23,935 bases of DNA from a virus. Its lineage: Duplodnaviria; Heunggongvirae; Uroviricota; Caudoviricetes. Below the pieces are notes generated by a model. It did no database searches and was not told where the DNA came from. It was given only the letters and a program-made list of their open reading frames with translations. The stretch spans positions 1-23,935 of IMG/VR virus record IMGVR_UViG_2563366864_000005. One strand, written 5' to 3'. Of this stretch, positions 21,346-23,935 are shown one piece after another. The position numbers were made by a program, and so were the translations under genes. How positions within the stretch are numbered: position 1 is the stretch's first letter; each line of letters starts with the position of its first letter.

Positions 21346-21633
21346 ATGGATATAACACCTTTTCTTCATGCGCTTTGTGCTGTGGCTGCGCAGGTACTGA
21401 TTGGCCTTTTTACCGGAAACTGGGTTTACGGGGCGATAGCTGGTTGTACGTTCTTCATTGCGCGTGAACACACCCAGGCAGAATATCGCTGGATTGAAAT
21501 GTTCGGGCATGGCAAGCGTATGAATATGCCGTGGTGGGGCGGTTTTGATCCACGTGCTTGGGATGTGGCAAGCCTGATGGATTTTGCGGTGCCGGTGGTA
21601 GCGTGTCTGCTGGTCTGGCTGTTTATCCGTTAA
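21346..21633 (+). CDS. Hypothetical small membrane protein (95 aa, two predicted transmembrane helices)
   Basis: aaaggagg Shine-Dalgarno then ATG; hydrophobic segments ALCAVAAQVLIGLFTGNWVYGAIAGCTFFIA and LMDFAVPVVACLLVWLFI; function not recognisable. Confidence 0.55.
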   Translation: MDITPFLHALCAVAAQVLIGLFTGNWVYGAIAGCTFFIAREHTQAEYRWIEMFGHGKRMNMPWWGGFDPRAWDVASLMDFAVPVVACLLVWLFIR

Positions 21634-21641
21634 ACATAAAA

Positions 21642-21690
21642 AGCCGCAGCAACTTGTCATGGCAGGATACTGCGGCTGGTTTGTGAGTTT
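21642..21690. terminator. Possible bidirectional terminator between the convergent + strand fiber operon and the - strand RT operon
   Basis: 8-bp stem agccgcag(21642-21649) / ctgcggct(21670-21677) with an unusually long 20-nt loop; A-run upstream and gtttgtgagttt downstream. Confidence 0.35.
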
Positions 21691-21740
21691 AAATAGTGTG
21701 TTTATTACGGTATATTTAAAGGACTTAATGGATTACATAT

Positions 21741-23117
21741 CTATGATATTCCTGAAATATCCTCTTCAAGTTCTTTTACTGATTTCGCAATTTTAAATTT
21801 AAATTTCCTCTCTATTTCACTATTGCTAAGTTTTTTTTCCTTCTCTTTCCCTATCCACATAGAAACAAGTTCTCGTTTCTGAGATATATGTAGATTGTCA
21901 AAGTTAGGTATGTATTTAAAAGTCTCCGCTCTACCTCTGCGGAGTTCATAGAAAGTTTTAATCAAAGACTTTGGTTTTATTTCTGATAAAAGGCCGAATC
22001 GGCGGATAAGATTATTGATAGTATGATTAACAGAGCGAAGTTGAGCTGTTGAGGTTATTTGTGAGAAGTACGATACCCATCCCAATCGTTTACCTTCAAA
22101 CACACATCCCGTAATTCTGAGATTTAGTTTCCACTGACAATATGCAACAGCTCGTTCTTTATCGCGCTTACTTTTAGCTTGTAGTAGAGCGTGCCTATAT
22201 GCAGTAAAAATTTTTGCTAAGGATGACTCAAATCTAAGAATGCTCTCATGTTTTATCAATAATTCTCGATTTTCTATGTGGTATCCCAAAAAGTTAAAAC
22301 TTTCATCCAAGCTGCCTACTTTGGATTTTGAGTTCTCTTCATTTAATGGATGTGGGTTTAAATTTAATGATTGAAGCTTATCAATGATATGAGATGCTAT
22401 TTTTGTTGCTTGATATTTGGGCGTTAAAATAAGAATGTCATCAACGTATCGCATGTACCATATGCCATGCATTTTATTGATTTCATCATCGAAATTAGAT
22501 AGTGATATTTCAGCTAAAATGTTTGATATCGCTAATCCCTGAGGTACTCCTCTGGTATTATTAGGGATACCTTTGCTTCCTGTACTTCCACTTACAGTAG
22601 GTACGATTAATGATGATGTTATTAACTGTCTAATTTCTTTTTTTCTAATCTTATTTTTTATTGCATTAAATATCAATTTATGTTCAATTGAAGGATAGAA
22701 ACTTTTAAGATCTATTTTTGCATATTCAGCATATAGACTGCAGTTTAATGCTTCTTTCAATGAGTCAATTACTGTATGTGGTAGTTTTAATCTGGAATTA
22801 GGATATATTTCCGTAAGGCATTCACAGAGAGCCCTAAGAGTAATTCTGTCCCTAGCAGTTGGTATGGAAATCTGTCTGGGGGTAGAGTTAGCCCCTTTAG
22901 ATATTAATTTTTCTTTATATGCTGTAAATTTATAATTACCAGAATTAACCTTTTCAAAAATGAAAGTGATCTCATTGTTTATTGTTAAATCAAGTTTTGA
23001 TGGGCGAATCCGATCTATGCCAATCGCTCCTGATTCTTTGATTTTTTCAGTGTATACTTTTAGAAGGTTTTTTTTCGAGAATGACTTTTTAAAAATTCTA
23101 CTTGCAGTCATAGTCAA
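21741..23117 (-). CDS. Reverse transcriptase (458 aa), stand-alone RT domain of prokaryotic defence-associated type (retron-like or UG/Abi-like; class unresolved)
   Basis: RT motifs in order: PRQISIPTARDRITLRAL (motif 1), YAEYAKIDLKSFYPSI (motif 2, Asp136), GVPQGLAISNILAEI (motif B), YMRYVDDILIL (motif C, YVDD at + coords 22437-22448), FLGYHI (motif 7), then RITG in the thumb region; about 30% GC; start overlaps the upstream membrane-protein gene by 20 nt. Confidence 0.85.
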   Translation of the reverse strand: MTMTASRIFKKSFSKKNLLKVYTEKIKESGAIGIDRIRPSKLDLTINNEITFIFEKVNSGNYKFTAYKEKLISKGANSTPRQISIPTARDRITLRALCECLTEIYPNSRLKLPHTVIDSLKEALNCSLYAEYAKIDLKSFYPSIEHKLIFNAIKNKIRKKEIRQLITSSLIVPTVSGSTGSKGIPNNTRGVPQGLAISNILAEISLSNFDDEINKMHGIWYMRYVDDILILTPKYQATKIASHIIDKLQSLNLNPHPLNEENSKSKVGSLDESFNFLGYHIENRELLIKHESILRFESSLAKIFTAYRHALLQAKSKRDKERAVAYCQWKLNLRITGCVFEGKRLGWVSYFSQITSTAQLRSVNHTINNLIRRFGLLSEIKPKSLIKTFYELRRGRAETFKYIPNFDNLHISQKRELVSMWIGKEKEKKLSNSEIERKFKFKIAKSVKELEEDISGIS

Positions 23118-23640
23118 TCCAAAGATATATTAATGGTAGTATATAAAGTGCGGCAGTAATAAATATTCGAAGTAATATCCATAAATTAACAATTATTTTT
23201 TCTTTTTGTGTGGGGAGCCTCGTCGTAAGTCCAACTTGAGTTACCCTTGAAACTTTATCATCTATCTCACGATGATTCTCAACCTCATTGAGCAAATTAA
23301 AATATTTTTCTTTCTGTTCAGGAGTTAATTGTTGGCCGTTGGTAATGTCAAAATAGAGTCGCTGTAGTGCAATATAATTCCTTCTCATGGCTATTGCTCG
23401 ACCACGAAAATCTAGGTTAGATACGATCAGAGAAATACCTAGTAGAGCCACTGAAAGTATCGCTGCAACGATATCTGTATTATCTCCTAGAACTTTTGGA
23501 AATCGTAACGTTACAATTGAAAGCACCGCACTCAATATAGCATACCAAACGAGGATAAATTGAGAGTGTTTTTCAAGCCATTCTAGTCGATGGTGCGCTT
23601 GGATACGGGCTTTATATGTAAACCAAATATTGTCATGCAT
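23098..23640 (-). CDS. Small membrane protein (180 aa), N-terminal amphipathic helix plus two transmembrane helices and a C-terminal transmembrane helix; SLATT-like candidate effector partner of the RT
   Basis: MHDNIWFTYKARIQAHHRLEWLEKHSQ then hydrophobic FILVWYAILSAVLSIVTL and IVAAILSVALLGISLIVSNL, basic loop RGRAIAMRRNY, C-terminal IIVNLWILLRIFITAALYILPLIYLWI; AGGA ribosome-binding site upstream of the ATG at 23640; 3' end overlaps the RT start. Confidence 0.65.
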   Translation of the reverse strand: MHDNIWFTYKARIQAHHRLEWLEKHSQFILVWYAILSAVLSIVTLRFPKVLGDNTDIVAAILSVALLGISLIVSNLDFRGRAIAMRRNYIALQRLYFDITNGQQLTPEQKEKYFNLLNEVENHREIDDKVSRVTQVGLTTRLPTQKEKIIVNLWILLRIFITAALYILPLIYLWIDYDCK

Positions 23641-23666
23641 AAAAGATCCTTTTTTAAAAGCGGAAG

Positions 23667-23702
23667 GGGCAGGATATATTGGAACCGTTGAACATCCTGC
23701 CC
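23667..23702 (-). promoter_or_regulatory. Perfect 9-bp-stem hairpin in the 5' leader of the membrane-protein/RT operon
   Basis: gggcaggat(23667-23675) / 18-nt loop / atcctgccc(23694-23702), followed on the - strand by ttccgctttt and then the ribosome-binding site; could be an attenuator, an upstream terminator or part of a structured RNA. Confidence 0.4.
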
Positions 23703-23935
23703 GGCAGGATCAGTGAGCATAAGCTCAACAGTAAAATATTACTGTTCATTATCAGAGCCGCCCTTGCATGCGCAAGAGGAAAAACCTGCCCCATCCTTTT
23801 GAATTATTACAATTTAATGATCTTAAAGTCAATACAAGTGAATGGTGTCCAGGGATGATGAACTTAATGAACAAACCACTCGTCAGCAGACTCCCAAGTA
23901 TCTTTCAGAGTTTCCTGAACAACAGTTTTAGCTGA

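Noticed and set aside
21184-21660. 158-aa - strand ORF overlapping the S74-chaperone gene and the 95-aa membrane protein gene
   Set aside because: Antisense to two + strand genes with good ribosome-binding sites and recognisable features; no motif or start context of its own.
21741-23117. RT as a group II intron maturase or part of a mobile retroelement
   Set aside because: No intron-like RNA domain structure is evident around it, the protein has no recognisable C-terminal endonuclease or maturase extension, and it is translationally coupled to a small membrane protein, which fits defence-type RTs better. Not excluded without a profile search.
23667-23746. Hairpins near the window end as a tRNA or attachment site
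   Set aside because: Simple hairpins, not a cloverleaf; no integrase gene is visible in the window; a regulatory or ncRNA role for the adjacent operon is more parsimonious.

Overview
This window is the late morphogenesis region of a lambda-like (lambdoid) prophage, followed by low-GC accessory cargo. On the + strand, in lambda order, it carries the 3' end of terminase large subunit A, then W, B (portal), C (prohead protease) with nested Nu3, D, E (major capsid), FI, FII, Z, U, V, G and the G-T frameshift product, H (tape measure), M, L, K, I, J, lom and a side tail fiber (stf). All assignments rest on reading the supplied translations against remembered lambda proteins; no database search was run. 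Three things depart from lambda. First, a small AT-rich lipoprotein gene with its own terminator sits between I and J. Second, the stf gene switches to low-GC sequence part-way through, ends in a lectin-like tip, and is followed by three small genes, one of which encodes a standalone Peptidase_S74-type chaperone domain. Third, and most interesting, a convergent, very AT-rich two-gene operon on the - strand (23640 to 21741) encodes a small membrane protein translationally coupled to a reverse transcriptase with an intact YVDD active site. I read this as a candidate RT-based anti-phage defence cassette of uncertain class, with a hairpin-rich non-coding leader that runs off the window end. No rRNA, tRNA or CRISPR array was found.
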